NCBI RefSeq assembly: GCF_018350175.1
Contig: NC_058373.1
Coordinates: 110,548,001-110,612,000, forward strand
DNA: 64,000 nucleotides
Origin: Felis catus
Taxonomy: Eukaryota
Reading direction: 5' to 3'
Positions 47,721 through 58,767 of the stretch are shown here, piece after piece. The translations under genes were made by a program, and so were the position numbers. The stretch's first letter is position 1; each line of letters opens with the position of its first letter. Under the pieces are notes generated by a model. That model did no database searches and was not told where the DNA came from. It saw nothing but the letters and a program-made list of their open reading frames with translations.

Positions 47721-47938
47721 GGGGTGCCTGGGTGGCTCGGTCAGTTAAGTGTTTGGCTCAGGTTGTGATCTCACAGTTTGTGAGTTCGAGCCCCGCGTCA
47801 GGCTCTGTGCTATTGGTTCAGAGCCTCTGTGCTATTGGTTCAGAGCCTGGAGCCTGCTTCGGATTCTGTGTCTCCCTCTCTCTGCCCCTCCCCTCCCCTG
47901 CTTGTGCTCTGTGTCCCTCTCTCAAAAATAAACATTAA
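47721..47938 (+). mobile_element. CAN-SINE with a perfect internal 22-bp tandem duplication, inserted in an old antisense L1 relic
   Basis: TSD atcttctctgcca; ctctgtgctattggttcagagc x2 at 47803-47846. Confidence 0.92.
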
Positions 47939-48547
47939 ATCTTCTCTGCCAAATCCAACCTCTGGGTCATCTTGAAATCAATCTTCATTAATTAGGGTGA
48001 TAGTTTTGTTTCATTTTGGACAATATCCTAGACATTGCGATTACTGCAGTAAAGACTCTAGATTCTGTAATATTCTTCCAAAACACATTGATGTTTTTGC
48101 TTTGTTGTTATAATTAACTTGGTTGGACTTAAACTCCAAATTCTGCCTGCCCTCTGGTTCAGTTTTTTCAGCAGGTGTGCCGAATGGGGGTTGCTCCACA
48201 TACATCTAAGTTTAGGGATTGGCAAGAGATTCAAGCTGAGTAATATACAGTATTTGGGGTCCTCCCAGCATCCTTTCTGGAATTTTCCTTTTCTTCCCAG
48301 CTGTGTGATCACCCTGAACTCTGTCCTCTTTTCTTCAAGCAAGTAAGATTACAGGTTATTAACCTAATTTTAGCCATCTCCTCATGTCACCAACAGGAGT
48401 CTTCTCTCAGGATAAAAGCCATAGAAATGGAAATGTGCCCACTGCTGTTCCCGTCTCCCAAGTATAGACCTTATTCCAGTTTCTGCCTGATTTTTGTCAC
48501 TTTCAAATGCCATCTGGTAGTTTCTAAAGCTTTTTTTCAAGTTCATA

Positions 48548-48978
48548 CAGTTGACCCTTGAACATTGGTTTGAGCTGCACAGGTCCACTTATATGTGGAT
48601 TTTCTTCCATAAACACAGTACAGTACTGTACATGTATTTTCTCTGACCTATGATTTTTTTTTTTAAAGTAAGCTCTAGGCCCAACATGGGGCTTCAACTC
48701 AGAACCCCGAGATCAAGAGTCGAATGCTCTACTGACTGAGCTAGCCAAGTGCCCCTTCCTTATGATTTTAATAAGTTTTCTTTTCTCTACCTTATTATAA
48801 TATAGTATATAATACATATAAAAAATGTGTTAGTTCACTGTTTATGCTATCAGTAAAGCTTCCAGTCAACAATAGGCTCTTAGCAGTTAAGCTGAGGGTA
48901 GGGAGTCAAGTTATATGCAGATTTTTAACTGCAGAGGGGTTGGTACCCCTAATCCCCACTCAGTGCAAGGGTCAAATG
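48548..48978. mobile_element. Tigger2a-like MITE interrupted by a short minus-strand SINE (about 48655-48755)
   Basis: TA-flanked TIRs CAGTTGACCCTTG...CAAGGGTCAAATG; the inner SINE has TSD tatgattt. Confidence 0.82.
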
Positions 48979-49039
48979 TAGTTTTTATTTCAGAATTGTC
49001 CCAACAGGAACTACTCAGCCATTATCACCCTTCATCAGT

Positions 49040-49240
49040 TCTAAATAGTCCTGGACTCAAGATCCACTTACACTCTTAAACACTATTAAGGACTGCAAAA
49101 GGCTGTTGTTTATGTGGATTATATTTATCAATATTTGCCACATAAAAAATTAAAAGTGAGACTTTTTTTTTTGAGAGACATAATGTACTAGCATGTGAGA
49201 GAGGGAGGGGCAGAGGGGGGAGGGGGAGAGAGGGGAAGGG

Positions 49241-49296
<56 letters not shown>

Positions 49297-50136
49297 CCCA
49301 AGCAGGCTCCATGCTCAGTGCAGAGTCCAACGTGGGGCTCAATCCTATGACCCTGGGATCATGACCTAAGCCAACATCAAGAGTCAGATGCTCAACTGAT
49401 TGAGCCACACAGGTGCCCCAAAAGGGAGACATTTTAAAAATTTTAATTCATTTAAAATAACAGTAAGCCCATTATATATTAACATAAAATATACTTTTTC
49501 TAAAAAAAAATAGCTACATATATTTTTTAAGTGGAAGGGTAACATTGTTTTATAGTTAACAATCTTCTGATGCCTGGCTCTAAAAAATACAGCTGGGTTC
49601 ATTGCTTCTCTGTTCACATAATCTGTTGCCACATTAAAAAAAAAAAATGTTTATTTATTGGGACGCCTGTGTGGCTCAGTGGTTGATTGTCCGACTTTGG
49701 CTCAGGTCATAATCTCAGGATTTGTTGAGTTCGAGCCCTGTGTTGGGCTCTGTGCTGACAGCTCAGAGGCTGGAGCCTGCTTCAGATTCTGTGTTTCTCT
49801 CTCTCTCTCTGACCCTCCCCTACTTGTGCCCTGTGTCTTTCAAAAATAAATAAACGTTTAAAAAAAAAAAGTTTGAGAGAGAGAATCCCAAGCAGGCCGT
49901 GTGCTCTGAGGTCAGAGCCCTACTCAAGGCTCAATCTCCTAAACTGTCAGATCATGACCTGAGAAGAAATCGAGTCGGTTGCTTAACCAACTGAGCCACC
50001 CAGGTGCCCCTGCCACATGTTGTTTTGATTCAAGCATAGTAAGATATTTCAGCCTTGCAAAAGCAAGATCCTTGTAGATCCTGAAAAGGTTTCCGGAACC
50101 TCTGGGGGTCCTTGCACCATAATTTGAGAATCTCTG
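49040..50136. mobile_element. Charlie1-like relic hosting three CAN-SINEs (49165-49419 -, about 49640-50010 -, 49659-49870 + nested)
   Basis: Charlie-like segments resume between the SINEs; TSD tgccacat around the second SINE. Confidence 0.65.
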
Positions 50137-50292
50137 CCCTATGCTATCTTTTTTTGATCCTATGAGGTAGTAGAGCAGGTACTATATTGGTTCCATTTTA
50201 TGGTTGAGGAAGCACAGGCTTAGGGAAGGCAGGAAAGGTACCCAACGTCAGGCAATTAGCCATTAACTGACAGTACTTCAGGTCTGACTTTA

Positions 50293-50558
50293 TTTTTATT
50301 TTTTTGTTAAAGTTAATTAGTTACTCAAGGACAATTCCTTTTTTTTTTTTTTTTTTAATGTTTATTATTTATTTTTGAGAGCAAGAGAGACAAAGCCCGA
50401 GCGAGGGGAGGGGCAGAGAAAGAGGAAGACACAGAATCTGAAGCAGGCTCCAGCCATGAGCGGTCAGCAGAGCCCAATATAGGGCTCAAACCCATGAACT
50501 GGGGGATTATGCCTGAGCTGAAGTCAGATGCTCAACCAACTGAGCCACACAGGCACCC
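50293..50558 (-). mobile_element. CAN-SINE with an extra 3' segment, inserted in a MIR
   Basis: 16-bp TSD ttca(g/a)gtctgacttta at 50277-50292 and 50559-50574. Confidence 0.9.
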
Positions 50559-51024
50559 TTCAAGTCTGACTTTAAACTCATGCCCTTTCTTTACAACCCC
50601 CATGTAAAACTTTTAACATACATACTGATGCAGATTTTACAAATATATTGAATTGAATAAGGGGGAAATTTTTCCAAGTGTATACAATGAAAAAAACTCA
50701 GATCTGTTAAAAAAAAAAAACAAAAACCACAACTTACATACATAATAGGCTCATTCAAACTTGTTTGCATAATAATAGACCTTTGATGTTTCAAGGCAAC
50801 ACAACCAGATTTTATCTCATGTCAGTATAGCCAATCCACCACAGAGTTATTAAAAACATTTACTAATGCAACCTACTTTGCAAATTATTAGCTAAGCTTT
50901 TCACATAGCCTTTGCTCATTATTTCTTTGACCATCAATTCTATTTTCTCTACTATGTGGAACAGCCAAAGCTTTCTATGCATGCAGAAAGATCTTAGAAG
51001 TTACATTTAAGAATTTCCGGTGGA

Positions 51025-51165
51025 GGGGCAACTGGGTGGCTCAGTTGGTTGTGTCCAACCCTTGACTTCGGCTCAAGCCCTGCACAGGGCTCTGTGCCGG
51101 GCATGGAGACTGCTTAAGATTCTCTCTCTCCCTCCCTCAATCTGGGAGGGAAAAAAAAAGAAAAA
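51025..51165 (+). mobile_element. CAN-SINE with an internal deletion
   Basis: ggggcaactgggtggctcagttgg... with the central part missing. Confidence 0.8.
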
Positions 51166-53141
51166 ACGAATCTGGGGTGGCAATTTTAAGATGTGAGAGA
51201 GGTTGCAGAAAAATAATTTTATACATTTTATTAAATTGACAAATACCATAGTCAAAATGAAAGAGTACTTCATCTTAAGATGCTTTATCTATTATCAAAG
51301 TGGTATTTATACTGTAATAATAAAATCAGTATTGATATTTAAGAAAAACTACAAAATCTTATTTACTAACTCAATTGCAGTAACTCTGGATTAGCTCAAA
51401 CTAAGTAAACTAGAACAGCTTTATACCGGTATCTATTTTTGTTTAATAAAAAGCTGACATTTAACATCTTTTAGTTTTTACTTATTTTATATTATTTATT
51501 CTCATTTATTTAAAAAATATTTATTGTATTAGACTGGACTCTCAGATCTATGGTAGCCAGACGATAGATGATATCCTTGAATACATAGCTTTTCATTCTC
51601 TCAGGCTGTATGAATCTTTAATAAAAAAGAGACATAGGTATAAGACATCTGTTGCCGTAGAAAATAAACAGTCTTAGATATTTTCTCTGTGGTTCCTACC
51701 ATTGTGACTTTATTATTAATTATAATTAATAGACAAAGAGAAAAGTTGGCAGAGGAATGTGTACAGCTTCTTTGAGATACTTACTCATGGCTATAAATAC
51801 AAAGATAAAAGCAAATATATTCAAAGTGCCAAGTGATAACAGACTTTATACAATGGTTTTAATTTTTTAATGGTATTTTCACATGACTGTGGAGGTGTAA
51901 CAGTTTATAATCTAGAGAAGGAATGTTTGCAGAGATCATTTTATCATGGAACAGCTCTTATCACTGACTGTACTGTAAAACTTAAAATGCAGGGGCTGTA
52001 CTGATGCCTGCGTTCTACTCCACGCTAACCCAAAGAGAATTGCTGTGAGGCTCAGATCCTTTTTTAAAAAGCTCTTCAGGTAGTTCTAATATCATGCCTC
52101 AGTTAAGAACCACTGTATTAGAAGGGAACCAAGCAACCCGAAGAGAATATTTCACTCTATAATTTCAGAGAAAAAGAAGCAATTTTACAAGAAGTTCTCA
52201 AAATGTGGGAATTATACCAATTACGTTAAATGAAAAATCAACTATTGTACTTCCAATGTCAAACAAAAAAAATTAGCCAGATCCTAAGAAACAAAAGTGC
52301 TCCCAAACTAGTAGAATGGGCACTGGGGGCAGAGGAGGAACACATCATTTCCAGACTTCTTCTAAAGAAGTATTTAGGAAAAAGAGGTATGTCCTCTCAG
52401 ACACCATTATGCCTATTTTCATAATATCTGAAAATGATACGGAAATCACAAATCTGAAAATACTGAGATAAAACATACAGTAATTCTAGGATCTGCTTAT
52501 GAAAATCACTAAAAATACTAGAAAAAAGGGTAAGAAGCAGACGTGGTAGAAGACACAGGAAGAGCAGTTATGCTCTAGAAACTTTTAACGGAACAGGGAA
52601 ACGTTAGTTTGGGGCCTCCTGCCTGTTGCCAGACCCAGCCAGCCTACTACATCTCTAACCCCCATCTAACCAACATGTGGGATGCCTGATAAAGCCGCAG
52701 CACCAGGCAAACATGAATGCTGATACTGGTGAATGCAAACAGCTAGTGGACCTTAAAAAAATCAGAACCCTGTGAAGGAAAATAAACGGTCTTCTTAGTC
52801 CACTAAAAAAATAATGGCTGCATTTCTGAAAGAAAAAAAAAAGCTACTCAAAGGACAGCAGAAAGCCGGAAAACGACAATGCTAGTGCAGATCTAGAATA
52901 CAGTATAAACAAGAATAATTATTACTTCTGAATATAGGTGAACCAGTACTTCCTTTGCTACAGAACGTTCCACAAACATGTTATCCACATGGGTTAATTT
53001 TGCTTAAAGTGCCTAGAGTTTTTCACAAGGAACCAAAAGTCATTATATGACTGATAAGTACAGGGAAGAAATGAATTAGAAAAATTTCAAAAATAACTAA
53101 CAATACTATAAACATTTTTTTCTTCAATTAAGATTTAAAAA

Positions 53142-53345
53142 GGGGTGTGTGGGTGGCTCAGTTGGTCAAGCGTCCAACTTCAGCCCAGGTCATGATCTCA
53201 CGGGTTCGGGTTCATGAGTTCAAGCCACGCATGGGGCTCTGTGCTGACAGCTGGGAGCCTGGAGCCTGCTTCGAATTCTGTGTGCCACTCTCTTTTACCC
53301 TCCCCCACAACAAGTAAACATGAAAAAAAAATTTTTTTTAAAGAT
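53142..53345 (+). mobile_element. CAN-SINE
   Basis: Full body; TSD about aagatt(t)aaaaa. Confidence 0.88.
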
Positions 53346-55989
53346 TAAAAAAAAATTCCTACTGGCAAAGGGAAAGCAGATGTGTGAATAAATTACTAAT
53401 CCTAAAACTGATGTTTGTTTCAAATACTTTCCTCTTACTCCACTCGCCCTAAACAAGTTCAAGTAGCAATATCTTTAGTATCCTAGAAAAAATAATACTG
53501 TTCTAGTTAAAGTAGCTACTATTATAATGAGTAAATACTATATGCAAGGCCTTGTGCTAAGTGCTCTATGTACATTCTCCCTTTTAGTCCTCACCTTGAC
53601 TATGCGTTTTTATTTCCGTTTTACAGATGAGGAAAAACCTAGACTTAGTACCCACAACTAGCAGATAGTATAAAGTGGGGATCAAGAGCTAGGTCTGATT
53701 CCATAACCTGTGCTGATAACTATCAACTGGAATAGTACTTTTCTTAGCATTCTTCTCTCAAAAGACTGACGTTCGCATGCAATTTGGAATAAATAAGCAA
53801 AAACGGAGCACAGGAAGTGGTGTACAAGTACTTTATAATTTATCAAGATAAGAGCACCTGCACTGCTTTTTTAAGACGAGGGGAAAAAAAAAAAACCCTG
53901 CAATAATCTAAAACCCCAACTCTGTTCTGGCCCTATTATGACAAAAAAAAAAAGACAAGTTTTTCTGTAACAAGATGGTCAAGCACCACCTATGGGCCAT
54001 AGTAAATAAATCACTTTGGTTCAGTGGTGGGGAGGGCATTATGCAACACTTCCCAGCACTGCCTTTGCCAGGATATTTTACGGCCAAGACTCTTGGGCCC
54101 CTCCTCCCCAGCTAGACAGCCTGGCTCCGGCCCATTCCCCTCAGGAGATAGGGTGGAAGCACACAGCTCCATTTTCTAAGGCAAAGAGGGCAGCTGAAAG
54201 TCCTGCTCAGCCTCTCTGGGCAACCACAGGCGCCAATAAATCAGCCACAGGCGATTCTCTCATCCTTTTCCTGGCTTGAAGTCGTAGCAAGATACAATGC
54301 ACAAGAGCACTGACTGGACTTGTGAGATAAGTGATCTGGCCTTGAATTCTGCTGTAAATGACAGTATCACAGAAGACAGGTAAATCCTCTAAGTCTGTTT
54401 CCTCGCTTGTAACATAGAAACACTACTACCTCCTTTTTTATTAAGTACTCAAAATTCATCTTTGAAAGTGGCTAGCCACTGCTGGTGCTCAATAAACAGC
54501 GAACAACCTCAGGAGAATCCATTTCCACTGCTTCCAAATAAGACATTCAGGGAAGGGCTGGGCAAAAAGGTATAGCAAGTCATGTGAGGCCCCTCCCTGC
54601 TTTGTCGCTAACCACCCTTGTGACCTTCCACGGTTTCCCATAACCTCCCAGCTATCAGAACTAATCTATTCCAAACAAACAAACAAACAAAACCAAAATG
54701 AATCTATTACACGTGCTATCCCAGTATTCTACGCCCTATTAAGGGACTGTTTTCTGATCATGGATAGTTTACCCTTAACCAAAACACATCCAGACTGCTT
54801 GCTAAACAGATCTTTGATGCCTTAACCTAAGGAAGCAACCAATGCTGCAAACATTGGTTATTCTTGCAGATAATACGGCTGAATTTTGGAGACAGGCTTT
54901 GAGCCCCAAAGTACATCATAGGGAGTCTATTTCACCTAGGGATAATGCCAACCCCATTCCTTAAAATAACAGAGCCATCACACCATGGCCAAGCCTGGTT
55001 TCTCAATAATCTGAATCAAGGCAAGTATATCACCTCTGGCAGACAGTCTCTACAGTGAGTGGGTTAAACCGGCACTGTGCTCCTGGCGTGGTGGAGAGCC
55101 CAATAATCGAGGCCTAGAGCCCTACGGTCCAGTTACTCAAAAGATGTAGGGCTTCGACCAAGCTACACGTTCTTTAGGCCAGGTGTCTTTGATTGTAAAA
55201 TGAGAGGGATGAACTGGATTTCCTGTAAGGCCCCTTGCAGCTTTAAAATGTCATTCCAACGTATACCTTACACGCTTGACAAAATCCTGTGAGAATCAAC
55301 AGTTTTGCCAAAAGACCCGAGTCTCAAGAGAACGAATACCAAATATAATTCCCCGGGGGAACCGGGCGTTACTTTAGGAAACACATTAGCTACTATCAAG
55401 TTCCAAGTACAGCTCTAGGTGCTGCCTAAGCAGCTTGATTTTTCCAAATAACAAGTGCTAGGTAAGCAGTGAATGATGGGGCAAACTTTTGAAAGAAAAA
55501 CTGGATTTACTCAGAATGAAATCAATATAATCCGAAAAAAGGAAGAAATGAATTATGAAGGGGGGGGAGGAACTTCCTGCCCTAGAAACGGGGTAATCAC
55601 AAACAGGGGTGGGGGAGGGAGAGGACAGTGGCCGAAGCATCTCGCAGTTTGCACCACGAGACCCGCCCACTTGCGAGAAGGGTCCGCGCGGCCGCCCGGG
55701 GAACGCCGCAGGCCTGCTGGCGGGGGTTCCCACGCGGGGTCAGGCCCCGACAGCCGCCTTCTGCGGGCAGCGAAAGGTGGTTCTGGGCATCCTCGGCCCA
55801 GCGCTCCCTCGCGGTTGCCATTTTCCTCCTGTGCCCTGATTGACATGTCAAACGGACCAGAACACCCCTCTCCCCAGCTACTTGCATCTGTCCCACGACC
55901 GGCGCAGCTGCAGGCCGCCGCCCCGGGCGGCTCGCGGCGGGAGGGACTGAGCCCGGAGCAGCCCACAGGGGCCGGGCCGCGTCGCTTAC

Positions 55990-56100
55990 CCAGACGCCGC
56001 CGCGGCGGCCAGCCGGCTCCACCGTGCGGGAGGGGCGGCTCCCGCGCCGCGCACGTCACGCGGCGGCGCCGGCTCACGCACCCCACGGTCCGCTCTCGCG
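55990..56100 (-). other. ZBTB25: Probable ZBTB25 non-coding first exon (5' start approximate)
   Basis: Minus-strand donor TGG|gtaagc at 55990/55989 in the CpG island; a second donor GAG|gtagtg at 56394/56393 suggests an alternative first exon. Confidence 0.6.
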
Positions 56101-57109
56101 CGGCTTCCCGCGCCGGCCGCCCCGCGATGAGCCCACGTGACCGCGCGCCTGGTAGCCGGGGAACGAGGAGAGCGGGGGCAGAAGAGTGCGTGCGTACGTG
56201 CGCGCCCGCCCGCCCGCCTGCCTACTCAAGAGGCTAGGCGGGGGTCGGCCCGCGCTCTGGGCACCTCCGCCACGGTCCTCAGTCGTGACTCTGTAGGCGG
56301 AAGCGTGGAGATGAGCTTGAGCGTCACAGGCTCCCCACACACAACCGCGTGACCCGGGGACTTTCCCCAGGGTGTGCAGAAGCACAGCACTACCTCAGTT
56401 CGGGGGTGGGGGTGGGGAAGGATGCGCCCGCGTGTTCGCGGGAAGAGGGGTGGGGGCGCGGGGCCAAGGAGGCCGAGCCGCTGGAGCCTGAGGGGGGGTG
56501 CGGGGGGAGGCGGGCTGGGCGGGGTGGGGCATGGCGGGGGAAGTGACTCAAGGCCAGAGGCGGACAGGCCCATGGCAGGCGGAGTGGGGGGAGCGCGGGG
56601 AATGGGTGACCCCGGACCGACTGGCGGCGCACGGGACAGGGCGAGGGTGCCGGCGCCCCCAGAACGCCGGGGACGAACCGCGAGGGGAGGCCCAGCTGCT
56701 GAGCCCTCCGGGGCAGGGGTCTGACATCTGGACGGAGTGGGAAAACAGCATCCTGCCCTTGGGGAGTCGGGAGGAGCCCAGTCCCATCCAGCTGTGCAAA
56801 CAGGAGGAGGAGGAGGTCCCAAGCCTACCCTTGGGAGAGGGGCTAGAGGGGTGGTAAAGCCGCCGCCGCCGCGCCGGCCCCCGCGGTGCGGGTTGCGCCA
56901 GCCTCCCCGGAGCCCGACGCAGAAACTTGTTGCAAACAAACAGGCGACCGCGGGTGCCCCTAGCAGCCAGCGGCGGAGTGGGTGGGCGGGCGAGAGGGAG
57001 GGGAAGGCTGGCGGACGCCGCAGCGAACTGGTGGGCAGACCCGGAGTCGCCGCGTAAGCGGGGCCGGCTCAGTGCGGTGCGGCAGGCGCGGCTGTGCGGC
57101 AGCGGAAGT

Positions 57110-57284
57110 CCTTTGTTGCAGCACAGTCCCTGGCAGAGCCAGAGCCTCTCCGCGCAGCCCAGCCCGAACGCCGCGCGCCGCCGCCACTGCAGCTCGCGGC
57201 CCCTTCGCCTCCGCCCGCCTTTCCCGTGGCTGATTTGCCTTAAACTCCCTAAAACCTCCGCAGCCCCGGTTCCTGCTGCGGCCG
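57110..57284 (+). other. ZBTB1: Probable ZBTB1 non-coding first exon (start approximate); CDS lies beyond the window
   Basis: Donor CCG|gtgagt at 57284/57285; known synteny of ZBTB1 head-to-head with ZBTB25; resembles the human ZBTB1 5'UTR as I recall it. Confidence 0.7.
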
Positions 57285-58547
57285 GTGAGTATCTGCCAGT
57301 TGTGGGGCTATTTGCGCAACTTTGGCCCGGGCGGGAGGACGCGGGCCGCCGGCCTGGCGGAGTGCGGTGCCGGAGCGGTGCCGACCCGTGCGGGGATCCC
57401 GAGCGCGGAGGACGCGCCGCGAGGACCCGGCGACTGGCGGCTGCCGGGCCGCCTGCTCGATCCCGCCGTTCGCCCGCGCGCCTCGTCCGGGACCTGCGGC
57501 CTCCGTGGGTCGGAGGCGAAGCCCCGGCGGAGACTAGTTCCCAAATTAGTTACCTTCTTTTCCCTTTCTTTCTCTGCCTTTATTTTTTCTTGGGGAGGGG
57601 GGGGGGGAGGGGAGGGGAGGTGTAGACGGGAGGCGGGAGGACCCGGTTGATTGACGTGCCCAGAGCCCGCTTCTCTCAACTTACAGCTGCGGCTCCTCGG
57701 CGGGTGGGAGGGGAAGTGTCCCGGAGCCCGAGGCCGCAGACTTGGGCGCGCTCCGAGGGAGGAGGCGTAAGAGCCGTGCAAATTCTTGCCACGCTCTTTT
57801 CCACCCCCTCTTGCCGGCACACACGCTTTTTGTTCAGTAAAAAAGTATTCGGTCTCGGGTTTGGGAATTTTCAATGGAAAAGCTGTGTTTCCTGGGAAGA
57901 AAGTGCTTTCGATTCCAGTGGTGGGCGCTTGCTAGAAGTTCTGTTCGTGTTCGGTAAATGTGTTGGGTGTAGATCGGGAGTCGTTACCACTAAAATATGT
58001 AGGCTTGGGTCTGAGCTCAGCCACACTCTCAGCCTCCCTTTTTTACCTAAGCAACGTGTCCGTATGATCTGAAAGGTTGACATGACCTTTAACAAATTGG
58101 GAGCGTCGGGGAGATGTTGATGAAAGTCCTTGATGTTTTCTGGGGACAGTAGGGCATTTGTATGTGTGTAATAATACTCCTAAATCGAGCTTCAGCGTGG
58201 TAGGTACGCGCAGATTCTCCATTGGCCTAAGTATATTTCCATACAGCATGTCTCAAGGCAGGAAAACTATTACAGGAACAATTTTCTCCAACCCAAGGAC
58301 TGGTTCCAGGCTTTTTGAGGCGACTTAGAATCAGTTTCCGAGTTGAAGTTCAAGTCACTTTGGAGCAGAATTGGTGAAGGATGCAGGTCTCATGTTAACT
58401 TCAAAGCAATCACCACCTTCTTAGAAACGAAGAAATTAGATTCTATGAAATTTTATCAGTGCAAGTGGATATGATGGGAGAATTGGGATACAAAAACATG
58501 AAGGTTGAATGATAGCTGGCCATTCCAACCTCAAAACTTTTACTTTT

Positions 58548-58767
58548 TTTTTTTCAACGTTTATTTATTTATTTTTGGGGGGGGGGCAGAGAGAGACAGA
58601 GCATGAACGGGGGAGGGGCAGAGAGAGAGGGAGACACAGAATCGGAAACAGGCTCCAGGCTCTGAGCCATCAGCCCAGAGCCTGACGCGGGGCTCGAACT
58701 CACGGACCGCGAGATCGTGACCTGGCTGAAGTTGGATGCTTAACCGACTGTGCCACCTAGGCGCCCC
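58548..58767 (-). mobile_element. Young felid SINE (SINEC_Fc-type) in the ZBTB1 first intron
   Basis: Near-consensus body; TSD tca(a/c)aacttttactttt. Confidence 0.93.

Larger units (their letters stand above)
55600..57800. promoter_or_regulatory. Bidirectional CpG-island promoter shared by ZBTB25 (-) and ZBTB1 (+)
   Basis: About 2.2 kb CpG island with divergent splice donors; CACGTGAC E-box at 56134-56141, kB site GGGACTTTCC at 56357-56366, ETS CGGAAGT at 57103-57109. Confidence 0.88.

Noticed and set aside
55458..58072. Overlapping ORFs of 100-254 aa
   Set aside because: Same CpG-island artefact; explained by the bidirectional promoter
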